In this document: positions 47,901 to 59,900 of the stretch, piece by piece
Numbering within the stretch: position 1 is the stretch's first letter
Layout: every line of letters starts with the position of its first letter
Origin: Lytechinus pictus
Taxonomy: Eukaryota
Direction of reading: 5' to 3'
Assembly: GCF_037042905.1 (NCBI RefSeq)
Contig: NC_087245.1
Span: forward strand, 42,906,001 to 42,970,000
Length of the DNA: 64,000 nucleotides
Made by a program: the position numbers and the translations under genes
The notes under the pieces: generated by a model
Databases searched by the model: none
The model's input: the letters and a program-made list of their open reading frames with translations, nothing else
What the model was told of the DNA's origin: nothing

Positions 47901-50900
47901 ATACATGTATATATTTTATTTGTTATTTCTGAATAAATGGTACAACTCCATAGGCATTTAGGGGGTTCAATTGAGCCCCCCCCCCCAATACTGGTGAGGA
48001 TTGTAATCTTCCAAATTGTTTAATATGCTTTTCACTAGTGCTTGTGTGTTTGCAGTAGATGAAGAAATGTTCATAACCTCTGTTATATACGTCCTTCGGT
48101 TTTCGGGCCTACAAGAGTGATAAATCGAAAAGGATAGCAGAGGGACAGACCCGTTTTGGTACTAGATATAGAATTTGGTGTTCTGCCCAGGCTTTTTTCT
48201 TCTTTTCTTTTGCAGTGCCGGATCTTTGGATGAAAGGGATTCAAGTGGGCTACTGCGAGGCAAGGTAGGCTGGCAGGAAAGTCTGATGACAATTAGACGG
48301 TAGACCTACTATAGTATGATCTAGAACGCTCCAAGTCTGGCTGCCAAAGAGTTCCCCTTTGGTTGGATCTATTTCCTGACCAGTTAGCTTAGAGTCCATA
48401 GTAAAGGATGTCATTTTGGGGCGTTAATATGCTCTTATAATAAATAGAACTGAACTGGGTATTGTTGCCAGCAATGACTCTAATTGGAGCAGTGGTCAAC
48501 GTCTTCATCTTCATAGAACTAATTTACCGACAAGGTGGTTTTGATACGTATTCCAAGGAATAGAGGTTTTTCTTCAGTCAAAAAACTGGTGAACAAACAT
48601 TTTAGCCTTCAAGCAACAGGGAAAGATCATATTTGAAACATCATGATACAGTGGGCTGTCTTGAAGGATATAATATGAGGATGAATTCGTCATGATTTCA
48701 GTTTCAGACTTTTTATGAGGTCCCCCATATTGTTCAACTTGAACATGTTGAACATATGAAGAAAGCCCTTTGTACGTATGCTTTTGCCAACAAGAATGGA
48801 ACATATTGTTCAGGATAAGCATATATGAATGTATCAATGTATAAGCCACTTCAAATTTTATTCATTATCGTTTGAAGGACTTCTTGTTCGGATGTTATTT
48901 AATTTTTGAAATAAATAATTATTTCATGGATGTGGTGAGGATGATAAAACAATAAAAAGGCAGTCATGCTTTACGTTGATATGTGAAAACATTATCGAAA
49001 TGATTCATCCCGGGTAAAGTTCCAGTTTATGTTAACTGGTTCTTAGTTTAACAGCATATTTAATTGAGGAGTGTTGCTCTAACCGAGTAGTCCTGATCGG
49101 GAAGGTTTCATATTCAAATTAGTTTTAGTGCCTTCAATTATCATGATTATACTCCATGTTTTATATGGGGTTATTCTGTGGATGTTACGCAAGCTTTCAG
49201 TTTTTATTTTATCTCATTTCAACAGAACAATTTACAAAATCCATTATAACTCAGGAATGGTATAATTATGTATTTGTTGGAATTAAGTGTGAGGTGACTA
49301 ACTAAATGCTGTGGTTGGATTTTAATTGATCGATTGTCTACAATTGAATTATATTTGTGCATAGGGTTAAATCATGCACTGTTATAAATGGCAAATGGGG
49401 CAACAAGAAAATGGCAGTACCTCAGTGCGGCATGCATTGCCGGTTTAGCAATGTTGGGATGCTTCTATGTGTTAACTATATGGTCAAACTGATGGCGGTC
49501 GGCCATCAAATTAGTTTTAGTGCCTTCAGTTATCATGGTTATACCCCATTATTCAATGGGGTTATTTTGTGGATGTTACTCAAGTTTTCAGTTTTAGATT
49601 TTATTTTATCTCATTTCCAACAGAACAGTATACAAAATCCATAAAAATACAATTATAACTCAGGAATGGTATGATATGTATTTGTTGGAATTAAGTGTGA
49701 GGTGACTACGATAGCTAAATGCTACCTAAATGCTAAATGCTAAATGTTGGATTTTATTGATCGATTGTCCACAATTGAATTATTTGTGTGCATAGGGTTA
49801 AATCATGCACTGTTATAAATGTATGGCAAATTGGGCAACAAGAAAGAGGCAGTACCTCAGTGCGGCATGCATTGCTAGTTTAGCAATGTTGGGATGCTAG
49901 TATTTGTTAATTATATTAAGGTCAAACCGATGGCGTTCAGCCACCATTGATAACTTATCAAAATTAGTGATGCAATGAATTTCAATTTTGAAGCTTGCAA
50001 TATGTTTGTATCAAAACCATGATACTTAAAATTGCATATTATCTTGTCTTCCTTCATATGTTTTGTTTAGTTTTGTGCATGGTAATCAGATCTTAATTGT
50101 GAAGGAAGTTCTGACACGGTTTATGTTTAATGTATTTCTATTGGGAGATTGTTTCCAACAATTGAATACATAGAAGTGTTTTCCATGCTCTCATTAAACT
50201 TGAGATGGATATTTGTTCATATACTTGTATTGAATATTTCTATCTGGTTTTTAAATGTCATTTCATGCTGGTTTAAAAGGGGGCTGGTATGTTGGTCAAG
50301 GATAGAAAGCAGGTATTCTTAAAAAAAAAAAAAATAATAATAATAATAATAATAATAATATCTAGAGGCAAAGAATGCAAGCCTTCAGGTAATTGTGTCA
50401 TGAAAGACAGCGACGTCAAAGGTTGTACAAAGATGTATATTTTTGATTCATTTAAATTTATTGATGGAGGGCTTGGAGGCCTTCTTGATTATGCATGATA
50501 ACTGATTTAGCTTGGCCAGCTAACACAAAACTGGAGTAAATTATGAACGAAGGCTTAAAAATGAATGAAGTGTTTTGGCGGCCGATCATATATATAAAAT
50601 ATATTCTCGTTTGGCGGTAATTTGTCAAATTATGCCGCCTAAACACTGTTGTCATAAGATATATTGGCATGGAATATGTTCTTTAATCCACAATGGTCAC
50701 TTTTGCAAGGTGTGTAAAGCAGTGAATGATATTTTAGCCTCTAGTTATTAGATTTTCCACTTTGATGCCATGTACGTTGATTAATATTTCATATTGAATC
50801 GGGTCCTCATTCGGTACCTAGACGAAGGGGATTTATTTATAACTTTACATAGTACTTTAGGAACGCAATTGTAATTTGAATGTAAGGGTGTCACGCTCGA

Positions 50901-53900
50901 ACTTTCAGTTTAGGCCTCACCTGATCTCATAGGCGGGGAGGCTGGTATTCTGTATACATTTATATTTTTCGTGAAATTTTGGCCTCACCCAAGTTCTCAT
51001 GCGGGAAGGCTGGTATATATATGTATATTATATGATATAAGTATGCCATCTGTAATCCACCGATTTGCCGATAGCTCATACATGTAGTTAATAGCTGTGC
51101 TGGTATTCCTGTCCGGCTAGCAGAGAACCAGTGGGAAAGCAGCCGTGAAATTTAACGTTGAATTTTCTGGGAGGGGGGCCTTCTAGCCGGGGGTTTAACC
51201 CCCCTTCGGGGAGCTAAACAAAGGCTATCGGTTGGTTCCAGACATACATGAATGTAAGTCTATAATCAGATTCAGAGGTATTCATATCCATGTTTTATAC
51301 TTATGTGATTGTGACACCAGATTCGGAAAAGTGTTCATCTCTATTGAATAAAGCCACGACATAATCGCATATTATTTTGTTTTGTCATTTTGTTTGCCGA
51401 GTATAATGTATTTTAAAGACGACTCGGCGATTTAAAATGATTTATAGGTCGGCGAACAAAGCCAGGTCATGAAGGTGTTTGTAATTTGGAATGGCGCGGT
51501 TGACGAGGTGATACGTCACAATGGTGCGCCAGACGGTATTGTTTATGCGCACAATGACAATAATTTATACTGGGCGCAAGGAGCGCTCATATTTTGGCGC
51601 GCGCGCCTAGGCGAAGGCGCGAAAAATCCTTCATTTTAGTCTTGGCTTTCAACGGAGATGAACGTCCAAAATATTCGCTTGTAATTTTCCCACCTCCTCC
51701 CCAACAACCATCCATGTAAATGTTACGTTTGGGTCAAACAATGTTGGAATGTTTAAACACATGCAATGGGGAAGGTCGAGAATAAAGATACTCTAGGTAT
51801 CATTCAGAGTTGATTTGTGTTTTATTGGAGTGTATAGCTCGTTATGAATGGAATAACGGATGTAGAATTGTTATATAATAATTTGGACATTTGAATTATT
51901 TTACTTACATGAATTTAATGTTGATTTATATAACGAAACACGAAGTCAAATCCGGGGGCAGTTTGCCTGGTCGCACATCAAAACAATATAAAGATCGTCG
52001 TGTATTTAGAAATGTGGGCCGTAAGGGAATTTTATCCTTCTGATCTATTTTGGTCTGTGGTCAGGTGGGTTTTCGCCCTTACCCGTTTTTGGGACTGGGT
52101 GTTCGTTATATGTTGGTAATTCACTTAAATAGAGTTCTCATATTATTGGCATGGAATATGTTCTTTAATCCACAATGGTCACTTTTGCAAGGTGTGTAAA
52201 GCAGTGAATGATATTTTAGCCTCTAGTTATTAGATTTTCCACTTTGATGCCATGTACGTTGATTAATATTTCATATTGAATCGGGTCCTCATTCGGTACC
52301 TAGACGAAGGGGATTTATTTATAACTTTACATAGTACTTTAGGAACGCAATTGTAATTTGAATGTAAGGGTGTCACGCTCGAACTTTCAGTTTAGGCCTC
52401 ACCTGATCTCATAGGCGGGGAGGCTGGTATTCTGTATACATTTATATTTTTCGTGAAATTTTGGCCTCACCCAAGTTCTCATGCGGGAAGGCTGGTATAT
52501 ATATGTATATTATATGATATAAGTATGCCATCTGTAATCCACCGATTTGCCGATAGCTCATACATGTAGTTAATAGCTGTGCTGGTATTCCTGTCCGGCT
52601 AGCAGAGAACCAGTGGGAAAGCAGCCGTGAAATTTAACGTTGAATTTTCTGGGAGGGGGGCCTTCTAGCCGGGGGTTTAACCCCCCTTCGGGGAGCTAAA
52701 CAAAGGCTATCGGTTGGTTCCAGACATACATGAATGTAAGTCTATAATCAGATTCAGAGGTATTCATATCCATGTTTTATACTTATGTGATTGTGACACC
52801 AGATTCGGAAAAGTGTTCATCTCTATTGAATAAAGCCACGACATAATCGCATATTATTTTGTTTTGTCATTTTGTTTGCCGAGTATAAACATTAATAAAT
52901 GTACATGATACAAAAGTACAAGGACCGAACTGAACATGTATACGATAAGTACAACTTAAAAAGAAAAACTGAACATAAAAAAAAGAAAGATATAAATGCA
53001 TTCAACGAGAAAACTACTATCAACTTATTACTAACGAAAACCAGTGTAAGAGCAGCAGAATTATCATTATAGAAGTTATCAAATCAAATATCGATAGGGG
53101 TGTGTTGATGAATTTTGATATTGTTTTGTCAAAGTTCAAATGTGTACTAAAAGACCCTCTTGATTAAATGTTTACCACATAAAAAAAAAACGCTTTGCGC
53201 GGGGGGGGGGGGGGGGCGGGGGTGATTGTTTGGACCAGAATAGGGGTGATTCGACCCCTTTTATGGCTGGGGCGGGGCAAAAAAAGCCATCCGTAACCAT
53301 CGTAGCCAGCTTTCCGGAAATGGGAGGGGGGCACACTTATGTCACATTAAATTTATATGAGTATGCATATTTACAGTTGTGGATCGAGCTTTCGCCAATA
53401 AGGTTGAGGGGGATTTCATTCATATTTTCCCCGATTGGCTGCTAAGAGCTAACTTTTCTTTCTTTGAAGGGGTAGTCCGATCAGTGACCTCTTGGCTTTA
53501 TTCTTATAAACAAGATAATTGTATCTCATAATCCCTGATTGAATTTGAATAATGCTAACGCGAGCTAAATTTTATAGATATTTTAGGAATTTTGTCTTAA
53601 AAATTGAACATTCTGAGCAATGTTTGTACTTATGAACAAGACGCGTATGGAACTAATTTCTTCGAGCGCAAAGTGCGAGCTGATTTTTTTTTTAAGTTTA
53701 TAAACTGTCATAAAGAGGAATTTTAAGTAGTTTGTTAAAAAAAATATAGAAGTGAGCTTATACATACTAATGAAAATGCGAGCACGCAGAGCCAGCTGAT
53801 AAATTTTGACGATAAGACCTGAAAAGTAATATTTTGAGAACTTCATGGAATACATGAATGGAATCAGTACTTCAAACTAACCTTATTTCATTTTCGGATT

Positions 53901-56900
53901 AACGAACCTCATTTCGTTTTTCGACTAACAAACCTTCGGAATTACGAACCTTATTTCGTTTTCAGACTGACGACCCTTCGGTTAAACGAACCTCATTTCG
54001 TTTTTGGACTAACAAACCTTCGGTTAAACGAACCTATATAGTTTCGTCTTCGGACTTACAACCTTCGGAATTACGAACCTCATTTCGTTTTCGAATTAAC
54101 GAGCCTTCGAAATTACGAACCTTCGCAATTACGAACCTTCGGAATAACGAAGCGTCGGAATTACGAATGTATGCGGATTTCCTGGGGGAAAGGGACATGC
54201 AACCGAATTCTCAAAAAAGCGAGCGAGCAACAAAAAAGGACATCTTTTTTCATGAAAAAAATCTCAGAATGACACAGGCCTACAATGAAATAAAAAATCA
54301 AATTTTGTCTTTCTCTAATAGTTTACTTTTTCGAGATTATTTTAGTAACGGTCTGACGAATATCACCAAGTGACAACAGTGGGCATGTGGTTTAGACAAA
54401 GTACAATCGAAGTAATAGTACATATTCAAAATATTACAGACAGAACAATGACATTTGAAAACAAATATAGAAGATAAATTAACTGAACGGAGGGACCTAC
54501 CAGAAAAGCAATGATTGTATAAATGCAAGTCCCTTTGTTCTGAAGAATATCGATCACGACTATGTGCGACACAAAGAGTAACGAATTTAAGAAATCCTCT
54601 CGAATGTTTTATTCGGATCCTGCATTGCCCGTTATTATCCATTGTTTTTGTTGTTGTTGTCATGTTAACATGTTTTTTTTGTCAAACGTAATAGCTCCTT
54701 ATTTTTCGTACCTTGGCTGTATTCCACGGGAATACCTAGGTCTTGCAATCACACCCGCCGGCGTCGTTGGGAACTTCTTCGGTGGTCTCTTTTTCAGACG
54801 ACTCAAACTCTCTCTGAAAGGTATTGCGGGGGCCATCATTATCTCTGCCGGTATCTCCCTCGTCATATTAGCCATGATGTTCGTCGTAAGCTGCGATACC
54901 TCATCGATCGCTGGCCTCAATGTCCCTTACCCCGATGGCACCGAAACGCTTGCAAGGTTTGTAATTCAATCTAGGCAAGATCTTAAGATACAATGAAAGT
55001 CGACATGTTCGAGATGCAAACCTCCTAGCCGCCTGTTCGCCCTGTTTCGCCCCATTTTCCCCATTTTGAGTCGCATGAATGTACGCAGTGGCAGCTGTCT
55101 ATAGGCGGGGGGGGGGGGGGTATGGGAGAGAGTCGTCTCACCCCATCCCCTCCATGATGGACCGCAAATCTGACAAAAATACTGCTTATATCCGAATAAA
55201 AACATGTATTATTTATAAGTTTGATTCATTATACCCACCAGTGGCGTACCGTTGGTCACGGCATGGGGGGCACCAACAAAATTTTGAGTCACGTAGTGAG
55301 CGCGCGAAGGGCGCTGTTGCCAGGTATACTGACCTATTAGAAACGTTTTAAGGACAGTGCCATTAAACAAATATGTATCTCACTGATCAAATAATGCGAG
55401 CGCTGAAAATTTTTGATATACAGACCTAAAAAGGGACATTATAAGCAAATTTTTGTAATCATGATACGTACCTGTCTCACTTAACAAACAATGGGAGCGC
55501 GAAGCGCGAGCTGATTTTTTTTTTATATATTGACCCCAACAGGGTTATTTTAAGGACTATATTTTAGGAATCCATTAAGAGTATACATATCTCACCATAG
55601 TTATCTAATGCAAGTGCCAAGTGCTTGCTGATTTTGTTAGAATTACATCTAAACACATGAAGCATTTGTAGTCATTGAAATCATGATTAACATACGCATC
55701 TCACTAATCAAATATTGCGAGCTCGAAGCGCGAGCTGAAAATTTAGGAAATTCTGACCTGAAGAGGAGCATTTTAAGGCTTGTTTGTAGGAATTCACATA
55801 GACCATAGGTATTTCACTAACCAAATGATGAGAGCGCGAAGCGCTAGCTGAAATTTTTTATATTCAGAAAAAGGGACATTTTAAGGACTGATTGTAGGAA
55901 TTCATGAAGAGCAGACATATCTCACCAATCCACTAATGCGAACGTAAGCACGGACAGGAAATGTTCTATATTAAGACCTTAATATGGGGCACTCACTTTA
56001 AGTAGTCATGAAAAAGAAGCATAAAACAATAACTCAAAGTGCGAGGAAATATATTTGGTGTATATTGACTTGAAAACGGGAGGTTTGATAGTACAACAGG
56101 ATTATATACACGTATCTCGTTAAAAAGACAATGCGAGCACCAGGAACAATAAAGACGTAGGCGCTGAGCAAATAATGTTTCATAAAGTTATAAAAAATGG
56201 TTCTTATGTGATATAATATAACATAATTATACTATAATATAACATTATAATGAAATTTTTTTATTTCTTTCCAACTACGTTTCTCTTCCTTTCTCCCTCT
56301 TTTTCTCCTTTCCCCGTTTTTTTTTGCCCGCCGATGGCGGGGGGGGGGGGGGGGGGTGGGGGGGGGGGGCACGTGCCCTTCATGCCCCCCGTAGTTACGC
56401 CACTGATACCCACCATTGTTTTCCAGCATGGAACAATTCTCTTTGATTTATTATCCTGAAAGCGATCCTTACAATTAAATTCGTCTTGATTTGATTTTAA
56501 TGTTTATTCTTCCTTTTTATTTTCTCCTGATCTTTCTTTCTTCTTCCGTGTTATTTATTTTCACTCGCTTGCTCTAACTAATATTACACTAGATGGGGGA
56601 TCCATAACATCACCAACCTTTTTTTTTCTTCTCCTGCTCTTATATCTTCAGCAATGTGGCAACTGCCACTTGTATGAGCAATTGCTCTTGCCAAGTTGGT
56701 GTGTATACTCCCGTGTGTGGGTCGAACGGGCTATCGTACGTTACACCATGTCACGCTGGCTGCACCAATCAGAGGCTTGATGAGGATAGCGGCAAGGTTC
56801 GTATCCAGATGAATGATGTTTTTCGAGCCTCACTTTGGCATGATTTGCAGTATTCAAAGCTCATAAATAAATAAATAAATCTATAAGTATAAAAACGTAG

Positions 56901-59900
56901 AAACCTATAATAATGAAAATACATACCTATTAATTTTTCATTGTTTTCCTGTCAATTTCCAATACTGCTTCCTTTTTCAAGAACTCAAATCATTTTTTTC
57001 TTTTCGTATTGCAGTGTAACAATGTCGACTTTTAATGTGTTGTATAAAATGTGTTCTTTTGATTGTTTTATGTATTGTGCAGGGCCCTGGTTGACAACAG
57101 TGTCTAAACCACTGAACAGGCTACCCTGGGTAAAGAAGACAAATAAAATAAATAAAATAATGTCTGCAACGTTTAAACCCCCTCACACCTGACCGAATGT
57201 AGGCGGACGAAGGGAGACGAATGGGAAAAATGCACGCGAATTCAACGAATTCAAATAAAATTCCGTCAAATCATGGACCTATGGAAAGATGGAAAATTAA
57301 CGCGAGCATTTCTTTGATCAAATGATAGTCACCGTCACCTGGTTATGCGCATCATAATGAGAACATATACATGTAGGTGTTATACCAATAGCAATTACCA
57401 TGACTACCAAGGGTATCTGATCACTCAAAGACGGAACAGTTTCCCGGTCTTGATTTTTGTTGGCTGATACCATTGATAGATACACGATCTATACATGTTA
57501 TGTGTCACTTATATTTGGAATTTTATGGAGAAACTTGGGAAAATTGAATTTTAAATGGTAAACAATAAATCACAAAATTGTCTCAATATTAAAATATGCG
57601 GACATTTCCCCAAATAAAACACACGGAACTAAGATACACAAAGGTAAACAAAAATTGCATATCGATTTTCCAATATTTCATTGATTTGTTATCAACTGCG
57701 AATATAATAATTTGTGAAATATAAATGTCCAATCACGAACTGCTTGATTCCCTTCTTACGGTGACGATCATAGGACCAAAGAAGACTTGTATGAAGAGAA
57801 TGTTATTCAGATGACAATTACAGTCACCTGTTAGTGAATTCATTATCTAAGCGATGAATGTCCATCTCTTCATAGGTCCATGGTCAAATCATGCGATCAG
57901 TAACTATTGTCAAATTTTATCAACAACCGATAAGCGAAGGATAATATATCATGCGAAGGATATCGATTTTTCGGTTCACCTCTTTGAGTAAATTGCAGCC
58001 GAAGGCGAGAGAAGGTTTGATATAACCCAATAAGACGAACGAACAGTGAGCAGTGGTTTGATATGGCGTTCGATTAGATACGAAGACGAGGGAATAGATC
58101 GGGCGTTCTTGTACGTTTGTGTCATCGTGTTGCTTCGTTAAGGATTCTTTCGAGATCGGTCCACTTTGAAAAAAGCGCGATGAGGGACTATGCGCGACAA
58201 TAACACACGAACAATAAACGAACGGGAAAAATCGTGCAATACTGAGTTTCCAGTTGAAATGCCATGCATCCCCCTTCATTAACAACATATGAAATAAGAC
58301 TCCAACCATCTCCCCCTATTGACTTACAAGTAATATGATACAGAGATATTGTTTTGATAAAGTAAAACAAACTTTTGAGGAAGTGGACCATCTAGGCTAT
58401 ACATGTACTTCGGAATACGAAATAATGTGTTAAAGCTTTGCTGCATGAAATTCAACTGAAAGGTGTCAGTCTTATGGAATTGAATTTAACTGTATTAAAA
58501 GTCAAATATTGTAACCCTTTCCATTTGTGTTCATTTACTCCAGATGATTTTCTCAAACTGTTCATGCATTGGTTCAAATGTGTCTCCCACCACGTATGCA
58601 TACGATGATAACCATGGTAATACGGCTGTACTTGAAAAATGTTCGGCAGACTGCGATTCTAAAAAATACGCCTTCATCGTCTTACTTGCTGTCCTGTTCC
58701 TCTCTATGACTTTCTTAAATGTTCCTGAATTCTTTCTGTTCATGAGGTTAGTAAAAAATGAGGAACTTTTCTTTGGCTTCGCTTGTGTCGGTTAATTAAT
58801 TCTACCCAAATCTAAACTTTTGATGAATAACTCACTGTTGCTTGTATCATTTGATTTACATGATATAAAATCAATATGTCTTGTACGTTCAGGTTTTTAG
58901 TTGAGCCGTTCAGGTTTTGATTAAGCCCACTTGAAGAGAACCATCTTAAAGACAGCACTTAGGCGTACAACCTATAGTACCGATAGTACTGGTAGTACCG
59001 TGACTTTTGCGAAATATAAAATAAAGAGGTCGCTTATATTGGCCGTCTGTCTAGTAAAGTGTGAGAACAATTGTAATGATACAACTTGTCGAATCACCAT
59101 AGGACCACATAGGTATACTCTGATCAGGGAACAATCCCGTTGATAACTCCGAACCAACAATATTAGGCACCCGTCATCCACTTGCAGACCAGACTGATCC
59201 AATAATAATAATAATGATAATAATAATTATTCAAATAGTTGTTGTAATAATTGTAATTTCATAGCGCCATGTCTTGATAAGACCCAAAGCCGTTTAACTG
59301 GAGGAAAAATCAAAAAGATTTGTCAAGGAGCCGTGCTCCTCCAATGCAAAGTCTCGAACGTTTTGGGGAGAAAAAAATTCGCAATTATTTGTTTTTATAT
59401 TATGTGCTCGTATTTAAATATATTCATCCTTATCCATATCTCTTTTACAGAGTAGTAGAAAATAAGGACAGAGCGGTTGGTATAGCTTTCTCTAGCTTAC
59501 TTCAGAGAGTCTTAGGTAATTACTAGAGTATTTTTCTCATCATATTTTATAATCACTGTGTGCTGCGTATTGTTATTACTTAGAAATAGGGACAGTAGAC
59601 CTCACACATAGGCCTATTGGTAAGCTTGTTTCGCTTACTGAGCAAAGCAAATACTTATCTCTACAAGATTTAGAGAATATTTTCTTTCATGAATACGAAC
59701 ACTTCGGTGTTCATTTTATTGAATTGTGTTCATAATCTATGATCTTTAATAAAATGAATTGCGTTTAAATTACCTGATGTCATCTCGTCAAATTTAAGAT
59801 TGGAATTTTGTAAATAACCAGGGGAGCGTTTCATCAACATTTGTATCTCTGACAAGTTGTAAGATCTGACAAGTGTCCTTGATGTTGATTAACTGACAAG

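Larger units (their letters stand above)
44154..52888 (+). mobile_element. Non-autonomous split-direct-repeat element (PAT/Ngaro-like tyrosine-recombinase retroelement layout)
   Basis: A1 44154-44438 = A2 51404-51688 (285 bp). B1 50662-51406 = B2 52144-52888 (745 bp). B1 and A2 overlap at TAA, which also forms both element ends. No mismatch seen by eye and no recognisable ORF. Confidence 0.8.

Noticed and set aside
48270..48310. CTGATGA next to GAAA as a hammerhead ribozyme core
   Set aside because: Order and spacing leave no room for stems I-III.
44154..52888. Conventional LTR retrotransposon or simple segmental duplication
   Set aside because: The two ends are different sequences (A vs B), with no TG...CA LTR pair, no 4-6-bp TSD and no PBS/PPT. 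The A..BA..B order with a unique spacer is not a plain tandem duplication.
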